A DNA stretch of 58,505 nucleotides, taken from positions 1 through 58,505 of the forward strand of contig JAQTTC010000001.1 of assembly GCA_028711005.1 (NCBI GenBank), given 5' to 3'. The DNA is from Minisyncoccota bacterium (lineage in GTDB: Bacteria; Patescibacteriota; Minisyncoccia; UBA6257). Every line of letters begins with the position of its first letter. The stretch's first letter is position 1. The notes under the pieces were generated by a model. That model saw only the letters and a program-made list of their open reading frames with translations. It searched no databases and was not told the DNA's origin. Of the stretch, positions 1 through 7,500 are shown piece by piece. A program made the translations under genes and the position numbers.

Positions 1-15
1 AATTAAAGATAAATT

Positions 16-1215
16 TTATTTTAAATATTTTTTTCCTTTTAATTCCTGAGGTAAATATTCTTGCTCTTCTTTGTAGTTATAATTAGGACTATATTTATAT
101 CCTTTGCCGTAATTCAAGTTTTTCATTAATTTTGTTGGAGCATTACGAATATGCAAAGGAACTGAAAGATTGCCATATTTTTTAATATCAGAAACGACTT
201 TTTCATAAGCAACATACAAATCATTTGATTTCTTACATTTAGCCATATAGACAACCGCCTGAGCTAAAATAACGTTGCATTCTGGCATACCAATAAAATG
301 ACAGGCCTCATAAGCAGCTACTGCTTGATTTAAGGCCTGAGAATTAGCTAAACCAATATCCTCTGAAGCAAAACGAACTAGACGACGTGCAATATATAAA
401 GGATCTTCCCCTGCTTCTAGCATTCTAGCCAACCAATACAAGGCCGCATTAGCATCAGAACCTCTCATTGATTTATGAAGAGCAGAAATTATATTATAAT
501 GCTCTTCACCGTTTTTATCGTAAAATAAATTTGATTTTTGAAAAGCTTCCTTAATAATATCTGCCGTAATATTAGTTGACAAAGATACAGCATATTCAAG
601 AGCACCTAAAGCAATCCTAGCATCACCATTACTCATTTCTGCAATAAGTTTAATTATTTTATCATTAATTTTTATTTTTAATGCTCCCAATCCTTTTTCT
701 TTATCTTCAAGGGCTCTTTTAATAATTTTTAATAAATAAGGCTTTGCTAATTGTTTTAAAACAAAAACCCGACAACGAGAAAGTAAAGGACCAACGACTT
801 CAAAACTTGGATTTTCTGTTGTTGCTCCAATAAGAATAATTGCTCCATTTTCTATATGCGGAAGTAAGGCATCTTGTTGAGATTTATTCCAACGATGAAT
901 CTCATCAATGAAAAGAATCGTTTTTATCCCTAATCTTTTATTAGCTTCTGCCTCTGCTAAAATAACTCTTAAATCTTTTAATCCACTTGAAACAGCACTA
1001 ATTTGTTTAAATTCTGATTTAGTTTTTTTAGCAATGATATAAGCTAATGTAGTCTTCCCGCTTCCTGGCGGTCCCCAAAAAATCATTGAAGGCACTTTAT
1101 CTTCTTCAATTGCTTGTCTTAATAATTTTCCCTTACCAACTAGATCATCTTGACCAAAAAAGTCGCTTAGAGACTCAGGCCTCATTCTATCAGCTAAAGG
1201 TTTATTTTTATCCAT
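16..1215 (-). CDS. rarA: Replication-associated recombination protein A (RarA/MgsA), AAA+ ATPase
   Basis: Walker A 'GPPGSGKTT', Walker B 'ILFIDEIHRWNK', and a C-terminal MgsA-type region 'HYNIISALHKSMRGSDANAALYWLARM'. Confidence 0.9.
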   Translation of the reverse strand: MDKNKPLADRMRPESLSDFFGQDDLVGKGKLLRQAIEEDKVPSMIFWGPPGSGKTTLAYIIAKKTKSEFKQISAVSSGLKDLRVILAEAEANKRLGIKTILFIDEIHRWNKSQQDALLPHIENGAIILIGATTENPSFEVVGPLLSRCRVFVLKQLAKPYLLKIIKRALEDKEKGLGALKIKINDKIIKLIAEMSNGDARIALGALEYAVSLSTNITADIIKEAFQKSNLFYDKNGEEHYNIISALHKSMRGSDANAALYWLARMLEAGEDPLYIARRLVRFASEDIGLANSQALNQAVAAYEACHFIGMPECNVILAQAVVYMAKCKKSNDLYVAYEKVVSDIKKYGNLSVPLHIRNAPTKLMKNLNYGKGYKYSPNYNYKEEQEYLPQELKGKKYLK

Positions 1216-1335
1216 ATATTCTTAGATTTTAATCACTTTATTATATCATAAAACTAAGGATATTTTATAAACAAAACACCCTTCTCAGAGTGTTTATTGT
1301 TTATAGGTCTTTTTTGTTATTCTTTAGTTTACAAA

Positions 1336-1539
1336 TTATTTCTTTTTACTAAAAACAAAGATATAAATCATCTCTAAAACACCAACCGTATTTACAATCA
1401 ACAAAGGAATAAACCACCACTTATGATCGTTTTTAGCAGCTTTCCAAAGAGCGACTCCTTTCCAAGGTAACGACCAAGCAATGATCAAGAGAATAAACCA
1501 GGGATTCATTATTAAAAACTCTGCTATTTCTTCTATCAT
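1336..1539 (-). CDS. Small membrane protein (two predicted TM helices), function unknown
   Basis: 67-aa ORF with hydrophobic segments 'FLIMNPWFILLIIAWSL' and 'WWFIPLLIVNTVGVLEMIYIFVF'. It is tightly packed in a minus-strand gene string. Confidence 0.45.
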   Translation of the reverse strand: MIEEIAEFLIMNPWFILLIIAWSLPWKGVALWKAAKNDHKWWFIPLLIVNTVGVLEMIYIFVFSKKK

Positions 1540-1543
1540 ATTT

Positions 1544-1681
1544 TTATTTTTTATTACTTTTTCTTTGACCTTTTTTATTTTTTATACCAAACTTATGGGT
1601 TTCTCCTTCTAAACGAGGCGGCCGACGCAATGGTGAATCTTTTGTATTTTTTAATCTTTTATTTTTAATTCTTTTTTTCAT
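1544..1681 (-). CDS. Candidate unannotated small basic protein (45 aa)
   Basis: Hand translation gives MKKRIKNKRLKNTKDSPLRRPPRLEGETHKFGIKNKKGQRKSNKK*. The ATG lies 3 nt after the upstream stop (1685) and the stop lies 4 nt before the next ATG (1539). The core is locally GC-richer. It is below the ORF-track length cut-off. Confidence 0.3.
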   Translation of the reverse strand: MKKRIKNKRLKNTKDSPLRRPPRLEGETHKFGIKNKKGQRKSNKK

Positions 1682-1684
1682 ATA

Positions 1685-1924
1685 TTAAAGTTTATTATCT
1701 AAATTTTCCGAAACTGAAAAAATTTTATTAGTATGTCTAAAACCATTAATAATTCTTACTTTAGATTTTGGAACCTCAAAATATTCTGCTAAAACCTTAA
1801 TTGCTTCCTTATTCGCCTGACCTTGCAATGGTTTAGATTTTACTTGTATCTCAAAATTATCTTTTGATTTTTTAATCAATTTTTGCTTCTTGGCATTAGA
1901 AAAAACCTTAACTTTAATTAACAT
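1685..1924 (-). CDS. DUF167 (YggU-like) family protein
   Basis: The 79-aa sequence 'IKVKVFSNAKKQKL...IQVKSKPLQGQANKEAIKVLAEYFEVPKSKVRIINGFRHTNKIF' follows the YggU/DUF167 pattern. Confidence 0.7.
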   Translation of the reverse strand: MLIKVKVFSNAKKQKLIKKSKDNFEIQVKSKPLQGQANKEAIKVLAEYFEVPKSKVRIINGFRHTNKIFSVSENLDNKL

Positions 1925-2036
1925 TTTTATTTTCTAATTTCTTTCTTAAAGCTCTTTTAATTGCTATTTTCCTTCCAACAAAAATTCCGCAAAGGCCAAT
2001 AAAAAGAAAAACCAAGTATTGAAATGTTTTTTCCAT
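1914..2036 (-). CDS. Candidate unannotated small single-TM protein (40 aa)
   Basis: Hand translation gives MEKTFQYLVFLFIGLCGIFVGRKIAIKRALRKKLENKNVN*. It overlaps the next gene's start by 11 nt and has no recognisable family. Confidence 0.2.
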   Translation of the reverse strand: MEKTFQYLVFLFIGLCGIFVGRKIAIKRALRKKLENKNVN

Positions 2037-2043
2037 AAATAAT

Positions 2044-2334
2044 TTATTTTCTCTTAAAAATTAATCTTAATTCTTCTTTAGCTTTTTCTAGGATTTTAAT
2101 TTGTTTAGAATCTATTTTTTTACCTGCCCGATTGATATAAAAATTAAGCATTGACATTGCTGATTGAAAAGGAGAGCTCTTTCGTCTAGTACTTTTTTCA
2201 GCTGATTTTTTAAGGGATTGGGCTATTTTTTTAGGATCTTGCCAAGTAAAAACACCCCTTTCTAAATCCAAGGCATTACTTGTTGATGTTACTTTTTGAG
2301 CCCAATATTTTTTTGCGCTTCTTCCACTTCCCAT
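2044..2334 (-). CDS. DUF3175 domain protein
   Basis: The sequence 'KYWAQKVTSTSNALDLERGVFTWQDPKKIAQSLKKSAE...SPFQSAMSMLNFYINRAGKK' resembles the DUF3175 family pattern. Confidence 0.55.
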   Translation of the reverse strand: MGSGRSAKKYWAQKVTSTSNALDLERGVFTWQDPKKIAQSLKKSAEKSTRRKSSPFQSAMSMLNFYINRAGKKIDSKQIKILEKAKEELRLIFKRK

Positions 2335-2365
2335 TTAAACTTTATTTAAATTGGGTTTTAATTTT

Positions 2366-2587
2366 TTAAAGCTCTTCTTTTTGGAATTTTTCTTCTTGAG
2401 AAGCGTCTAATTTTCTTATTATCTTTACTAATTCAGCAACATGTTCTTTTTCATCGTCTCTGATATGAGCTAAAACTTTTTTTACTTCTTCATCATCAAT
2501 TTCATCAATATGAACTTGATATAAGTTAATGGCATCTAATTCTCCAACTAAATCCTCTCTTAAAGCTATTAATGTTTTGTTATCCAT
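2366..2587 (-). CDS. EncFtn-like (half-ferritin) ferritin-like protein
   Basis: 'GELDAINLYQVHIDEIDDEEVKKVLAHIRDDEKEHVAELVKIIRKLD' parallels the encapsulated-ferritin motif (E..A...Y ... H.RDEEKEH). Only 73 aa. Confidence 0.6.
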   Translation of the reverse strand: MDNKTLIALREDLVGELDAINLYQVHIDEIDDEEVKKVLAHIRDDEKEHVAELVKIIRKLDASQEEKFQKEEL

Positions 2588-2647
2588 ATTTTAAATTAAT
2601 TTTATTATTAACGACCTTTATGTTTCTAATTTTACTTGATTAATTAT

Positions 2648-3565
2648 TTATGGTTGAAATAATTCTTCTGGCATAAATTCAACTTTTTCGACACCATCAA
2701 ATTGTTTAGCAGTTTCTTCTATCTGAAACCATAAAATTCCTGCTCGACATGAACCACCAGAAGTTTTGTGCAAAGGATCTTCAAAAGTCAAAACTAGTGT
2801 TCCATCTGCTTTTAAATTAGCTCCGGAAAGAATCACCCCTTCAAGTGGAAATTCTGTTGTTATCCCTTCTGCTTCTTGTTCTGTGGATAAATTTTCTTTA
2901 CCTCTCAGCAAAAGACTTATAACATCTGGAATTGATGTTTTATTAACAGAAATTTCTTTTTCAATAGCTACTAAACCATCTCGACTACACTTAATATTCC
3001 CTTGCTCATCCTTGTCTTGCTCTGGATTATAATAATAAAGCAAAACACTTTGAGTCGGTTCTATAAGTTTAACTGGAACTTCAAAAGTTTTTTGATTTTC
3101 AGCTAAGCCTGAGGGATTAGCACTCAAAAATCTTAAAACCCCAGATGAAGTTATCTGCCCATGAAAATCCAAATCTCCTTCAAAAGCAACAAAATCTTCT
3201 GTCATCCAATCATCTTTTGCTGTTAAAATAGCTGTACCTAATAATTCATTATCATTGTTATAAAGTTCTGCTGAAAACTGAGCTTCAAAATACCAAGGAC
3301 CCTTAGCTTCACCAGTTATCTTTAAAGGAGTGCCTATTTCTTGATCTCTCTGAGGAGAAAAGACAAAAATACCTTTCTCTTCTCCTGGGCATAGTGCAAA
3401 TTCACAATCAGGAGGTATTCTGCCAACAAAAGAACCATCTGGACATTCTTTAGCATCCATAGTACAAACTATATCTGCTTTTTCTTTATTAAGAAAATAA
3501 TAGCCAGTCCCAAGTAAAATCAACCCTAAAATAAATATTATTATTAAAAGATAGGATTTATTCAT
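2648..3565 (-). CDS. Membrane-anchored Gmad2 Ig-like + GerMN domain protein
   Basis: N-terminal TM helix 'YLLIIIFILGLILLGTGYYF'. Gmad2-like segment 'ITGEAKGPWYFEAQFSAELYNNDNELLGTAILTAKDDWMTEDFVAFEG'. C-terminal GerMN-like segment 'LLYYYNPE...VISLLLRGKE...EFPLEGV'. Confidence 0.6.
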   Translation of the reverse strand: MNKSYLLIIIFILGLILLGTGYYFLNKEKADIVCTMDAKECPDGSFVGRIPPDCEFALCPGEEKGIFVFSPQRDQEIGTPLKITGEAKGPWYFEAQFSAELYNNDNELLGTAILTAKDDWMTEDFVAFEGDLDFHGQITSSGVLRFLSANPSGLAENQKTFEVPVKLIEPTQSVLLYYYNPEQDKDEQGNIKCSRDGLVAIEKEISVNKTSIPDVISLLLRGKENLSTEQEAEGITTEFPLEGVILSGANLKADGTLVLTFEDPLHKTSGGSCRAGILWFQIEETAKQFDGVEKVEFMPEELFQP

Positions 3566-3588
3566 GTTTTTTTATTTTTTAAAATTAA

Positions 3589-4620
3589 TTACTTGTTCTC
3601 TAAAAGAATACCAAAATTATCTATAAATTTCAAAGGGTCAATACTTGCTCCATTTATCTTAATAGAAAGATGTAAATGTGGACCGTTTGACCAACCAGTA
3701 TTTCCAGAAAAGCCAATTACTTCACCTCTGGACACCATTTCTCCTTCAAAAGTATTAAATTCAGATAAATGAAGGTATAAAGAATAAATACCTAACCCAT
3801 GATCAATAATTACTGTCTTACCAAAAACTGTCAATTCATCAACGAAGACCACTTTACCATTATTAATAGCATAGATTGACGTACCCTCAGCTGCATCTAA
3901 GTCTACTCCTAAATGCTGAATCGTAACTCCATTATCTTTTCTAATATTACCAAAGGCACCAACATTTATTATTTTATCTAAAGGATAAACAAAAGATTCA
4001 TTAAAATAAGCTTGTGGACTATAGCCTCTTGTAATTTCATAAATAATAACTCCATCTTCTGTAGAAATATTCTCTGATATATTCGAAGAAGTAAAACCTT
4101 TTTCTTCTAATTCTGGAGCTATTACTATTTTAGTAATATAAAAATCACTTTTTTCAACTTTTATTGTTTTTTCAACTATTAACTCGTCAGCAAGAAAAAT
4201 TGATACAAGATAATCTCCGGGGATTTTTTTGGCATCTATTCCTACAAGAGCTACTTTTTTCCCTAATGTTTCAATTGGAAAAAAATCAAATAATTGATTA
4301 TTAAATTTTCCAATAATTTTATCCTCTTTAGAAATATTTTCCGCAAAAATAATTAAGGTATCACCTTGCTTTAACTCAGTAGCAGAAAAGAAAAACAATG
4401 GTTCTACAATGCTCTCTTCAGATATTAAAGTTTCTTCTAGCGATTCAACTATTTCTTCCTTTACCAAAGTTTCGGAATTTAAAATTGTTTCTAAATATTT
4501 TTGCTCTTTTATACTAGCGTCCTGAGATGATAAATTTAAAATAAAAAAGAAGGTCCCTATCAAAAACAAAGAAATTATAAATATTAATATCTTTATTATA
4601 TTATTTGAAAAAAAATTCAT
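3589..4620 (-). CDS. M23 family metallopeptidase (LytM-like), N-terminal TM anchor
   Basis: M23 motifs 'HLGVDLDAAEGTSIYAINNGKVVF' and 'GNTGWSNGPHLHLSIKINGASIDP'. Confidence 0.85.
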   Translation of the reverse strand: MNFFSNNIIKILIFIISLFLIGTFFFILNLSSQDASIKEQKYLETILNSETLVKEEIVESLEETLISEESIVEPLFFFSATELKQGDTLIIFAENISKEDKIIGKFNNQLFDFFPIETLGKKVALVGIDAKKIPGDYLVSIFLADELIVEKTIKVEKSDFYITKIVIAPELEEKGFTSSNISENISTEDGVIIYEITRGYSPQAYFNESFVYPLDKIINVGAFGNIRKDNGVTIQHLGVDLDAAEGTSIYAINNGKVVFVDELTVFGKTVIIDHGLGIYSLYLHLSEFNTFEGEMVSRGEVIGFSGNTGWSNGPHLHLSIKINGASIDPLKFIDNFGILLENK

Positions 4621-4884
4621 TCTTTAAATAAACAATATTTTTATTATTCACTTCAGTAATGATTAACATGCCAATTAATCTAATAATATTTTAATACACA
4701 TTCATTGCTTTAACAATTGTTTCCCTTTTTCTGTAATAATAATTATTAGTATTATGTCTTTAATAAAAATTAAAATACTCCATTCTAATTTTGGAGTAAC
4801 TAATTAATCTTTCTATTATTCTTCTTTCTAAATTAATAAAACTAGATAATTTCTTGTTTTAACGATAAATTTTATACAATTCAG

Positions 4885-4957
4885 TCGGGGCACTGGGACT
4901 CGAACCCAGAATCACACGCACCCCATGCGTGCATGTTGGCCATTACACTATGCCCCG
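4885..4957 (-). tRNA. tRNA-Pro (anticodon GGG), CCA not encoded
   Basis: Hand fold of the minus strand: acceptor CGGGGCA/UGCCCCG, D-arm GUGU-AAUGGCCA-ACAU, anticodon arm CACGC-AUGGGGU-GCGUG (GGG, G37), T-arm CUGGG-UUCGAGU-CCCAG, discriminator A. Length 73 nt. Confidence 0.9.
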
Positions 4958-4977
4958 AAAGTTTTAAAATTTAAAGC

Positions 4978-5580
4978 CTACTCTAAAATACCATCTAAAT
5001 TAACATCATATAATATTGACTCCCCAACTAAAGAATATTGTATTAATTCTTCTGGTTTAAACCAAAGGGATATTTCCTTTTCTGCTTCCAAAGGAGTTCC
5101 TGATGCATGAACTAAATTCCTAACTGCTCGATCGTCAACATCAGCTACAGTACAAGAATCAAGTGTAAAATCCCCACGAATAGTGCCAACATTAGAAGCC
5201 AAAGGGTCTGTTCCTCCAGTAATTTTTTTTATTACCCCTACAGCATTCATTCCCTGCCAAACCATTGCCACTACTGGACCACAAGAAAGATATTTTTTTA
5301 ATCTTTCTAAAATTACCTCTCCCATTTTTTCTGCTTCTTTGTATGGAGGCTCTAAATTTTTTACTTTATATGCTTGAATTGATTTTTCACCTGCATTAAT
5401 TTTCCAATTAGGATCCACTGAATAATGTTTTTCTACCAAATCTTCTGTTGGTAAAACAAACTTTAAAGCTAATAATTTAAGCCCTGTTCTCTCATAGCGA
5501 GAGATAATTTCACCGATTAAACTACGCTGGATTCCATCAGGTTTAATTAAAACAAGAGCACATTCATTTTTAAAACTCAT
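4978..5580 (-). CDS. ndk: Nucleoside diphosphate kinase, long form
   Basis: 'ECALVLIKPDGIQRSLIGEIISRYERTGLKLLALK', 'GPVVAMVWQG', 'GTIRGDF' and catalytic His in 'NLVHASGT'. Start trimmed to M30 of the track ORF (cat at 5578-5580), because the track's N-terminus overlaps rpmB. Confidence 0.8.
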   Translation of the reverse strand: MSFKNECALVLIKPDGIQRSLIGEIISRYERTGLKLLALKFVLPTEDLVEKHYSVDPNWKINAGEKSIQAYKVKNLEPPYKEAEKMGEVILERLKKYLSCGPVVAMVWQGMNAVGVIKKITGGTDPLASNVGTIRGDFTLDSCTVADVDDRAVRNLVHASGTPLEAEKEISLWFKPEELIQYSLVGESILYDVNLDGILE

Positions 5581-5624
5581 ACGATAAAAACTCAAGTCAA
5601 AACTTGATAAATTATAATTTATAA

Positions 5625-5816
5625 TTAAGAAATTGTTTTTGAGAGACGCTTGCGACAAGTTGAACAAACTAAAATCCTTTTTCCATCAGGCATCCTGAAC
5701 CATTGTAAATTAGGTTTTTGATGATGACGAGAAACAGGATTATAAGCAGAGCGTACTTTTTTATAATGCGTTGCTTTTTGGTATGTTTTTCCGCAAATTG
5801 AACAAATTCGAGCCAT
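5625..5816 (-). CDS. rpmB: 50S ribosomal protein L28 (Cys-containing form)
   Basis: 'MARICSICGK...PNLQW' is the L28 signature. Two CxxC pairs are present (CSIC, CSTC). Confidence 0.85.
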   Translation of the reverse strand: MARICSICGKTYQKATHYKKVRSAYNPVSRHHQKPNLQWFRMPDGKRILVCSTCRKRLSKTIS

Positions 5817-5858
5817 ATTTAAATAATTTTAATTGAATATAAGGAATAGTTAATAGAA

Positions 5859-5991
5859 GGTCCTGCCCGCAACTAAGGTCGAATCAGCTAATAGTCAAGT
5901 GGGTGCTCGCACCCTTATCCCAAGAGATAAAAGATATAAAACTCCCTTACTAAACAAAATGTCCTGACTCGTTCCTTAATCCGGCAAGACC
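5859..5991 (-). ncRNA. Unassigned structured RNA candidate (stacked helices closing a multi-hairpin apex)
   Basis: GC-enriched island in a 200-nt gap between aspS and rpmB. Helices are 5983-5991/5859-5867 (9 bp), 5974-5980/5872-5878 (7 bp) and 5964-5971/5880-5887 (8 bp). Each contains one G-U that would be a C-A mismatch on the plus strand. An inner hairpin GGGUG-CGAG-CACCC lies at about 5901-5914. Confidence 0.4.
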
Positions 5992-6015
5992 TAGAGAGAA
6001 TTATACCACAAACTT

Positions 6016-7446
6016 TTAGGAATTAAAAGTCTTCAAATGAAGTTCTTTAAGCTGCTTAGAATCTATTGTGGAAGGAGCTTCCATCATTAAATCTCTGCCA
6101 TCACCTGTTTTTGGAAAAGCAATTACTTCTCTAATACTTGGTTCATTTTGAAGGATCATTATTATTCTATCTAAACCTAATGCAATACCTCCATGAGGAG
6201 GGACTCCATAACTAAAAGCTTTCAACAAATGACCAAATTTTGCAGAAATTTCTTCAGACTGATGACCTAATATTTCAAAAATAGCTTCTAGTAATTTAGG
6301 TTCTGAAATTCTTAATGAACCACCACCGACTTCATTACCATTTAAGACACAATCATATTGATCTGCCAAAGGAATACCAGGGTCTTTTTTAATTCTCTCT
6401 ATTGTTTGAGAAATCGTTTCTCCTGATTCTAATTTAGGTCGTGTAAATGGATGATGAACTGCTCCCCATCGTTTTTCTTCTTTCTTCCATTCAAAAAGAG
6501 GAAAATCAACAACAAAAGCAAAAGCTAATTCATTTGGGTCCTTTTCTCCTTTGTCGTTTTCTTCTCTAAGATCAGGTCTATCAGAATTATATCTTTCCAT
6601 TGCTTCTTGATAAGAAATTCTTGGAAAAGGAAATTCTTTAATCCTTTTATCTGGATAAATTTTTATTATCAATTCTTTAAAAAGATTTTCTATTAATTGT
6701 AAAATATCATTTTGAGTAGGAAAATCCATCTCTAAGTCTAGCTGAGTAAATTCAGGCTGCCTGTCTCCACGAGTATCTTCATCTCGAAAGCAACGAGCAA
6801 TCTGAAAATATCTTTCAATGCCAGAAACCATTAAAAGTTGTTTATACTGTTGAGGGCTCTGAGGCAAAGCATAAAACTTACCTGCTTCTAAACGGGAAGG
6901 AACAACATAGTCTCTCGCTCCTTCTGGTGTAGATTTTGTTAAAATTGGTGTTTCTATTTCTATAAAATTATTATCTGAAAGAAAGTCTCTAATTAATTTA
7001 ATTATTCTATGTCGATTTACTAAATTTTGATATAAGCGCTGGCGACGTAAATCTAAATATCTATATTTTAGACGCACTTCTTCATTAACAGATTCACTCT
7101 TATTAGATATATCAAAAGGCAAAGAATTAGCTTGACTAAAAATCTTTAAACCAGTTGCCTCAATTTCTATTTTTCCTGTAGCTATCTTTGGGTTTTGCAT
7201 ATTTTCAGGTCGAGGATTAACTTTTCCTTTAATCTCAATTACCCATTCTGAACGAAGCTTTCCAGCTAAATCATATATCTCTTCTTTATCAGGAGAAAAA
7301 ACAACTTGAACTTTGTCTGTTTTATCCCTTAAATCAATAAAAATAATCTTCCCATGATCTCGACGAGAATCCACCCAACCATAAAGACTTATTTCTTTAT
7401 TTAAATATTCTGGAGTTTTCTCTATCCAAATTCTAGACATAAACAA
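6016..7446 (-). CDS. aspS: Aspartyl-tRNA synthetase, bacterial-type core without the GAD insertion domain
   Basis: OB-fold N-terminus, motif 2 'FQIARCFRDEDTRGDRQPEFTQLDLEM', 'HHPFTRP' and motif 3 'GGIALGLDRIIMIL'. Only 476 aa. Confidence 0.9.
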   Translation of the reverse strand: MFMSRIWIEKTPEYLNKEISLYGWVDSRRDHGKIIFIDLRDKTDKVQVVFSPDKEEIYDLAGKLRSEWVIEIKGKVNPRPENMQNPKIATGKIEIEATGLKIFSQANSLPFDISNKSESVNEEVRLKYRYLDLRRQRLYQNLVNRHRIIKLIRDFLSDNNFIEIETPILTKSTPEGARDYVVPSRLEAGKFYALPQSPQQYKQLLMVSGIERYFQIARCFRDEDTRGDRQPEFTQLDLEMDFPTQNDILQLIENLFKELIIKIYPDKRIKEFPFPRISYQEAMERYNSDRPDLREENDKGEKDPNELAFAFVVDFPLFEWKKEEKRWGAVHHPFTRPKLESGETISQTIERIKKDPGIPLADQYDCVLNGNEVGGGSLRISEPKLLEAIFEILGHQSEEISAKFGHLLKAFSYGVPPHGGIALGLDRIIMILQNEPSIREVIAFPKTGDGRDLMMEAPSTIDSKQLKELHLKTFNS

Positions 7447-7500
7447 ATATTTTAACTATTAATCTTAAATTATTGTATAATAAAAGGCTTATAAAAGCAA

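Noticed and set aside
1271-1300. Possible terminator hairpin AAACAC-N10-GUGUUU downstream of the 67-aa membrane gene
   Set aside because: The stem is only 6 bp and mostly A-U, the loop is 10 nt, and the downstream U-tract is weak. This is not strong enough to call.
2044-3565. Search for an encapsulin shell gene next to the EncFtn-like ORF
   Set aside because: The neighbouring ORFs are a DUF3175 protein and a GerMN/Gmad2 envelope protein. Neither has the length (about 270 aa) or sequence character of an HK97-fold encapsulin, so no encapsulin operon is called.
4925-5110. 61-aa plus-strand ORF spanning the tRNA-Pro locus and the ndk 3' end
   Set aside because: It overlaps a well-folding tRNA on the opposite strand and is antisense to ndk, with no motifs.
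5581-5667. N-terminal extensions in the ORF track for ndk, and similarly for rpsT (49685-49774), holA (50655-50741), trmD (29692-29745), rnc (33014-33043) and htrA (21121-21156)
   Set aside because: The extensions overlap the upstream gene and precede the conserved family N-termini. Internal ATGs placed right after the upstream stop give canonical protein starts.
5859-5991. Possible SRP (4.5S) or 6S RNA identity for the structured element
   Set aside because: 'CCGGAUUAAGGAACGAG' superficially recalls the SRP helix-8 'CCGGAAGGAAGCAG'. In the best fold, however, this segment is the 5' strand of a long helix rather than a GNAR-tetraloop hairpin, and the AGCA/GGCA loop motifs are missing. It is too short, and lacks the large central bubble, for a typical 6S RNA. 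It is left unassigned.
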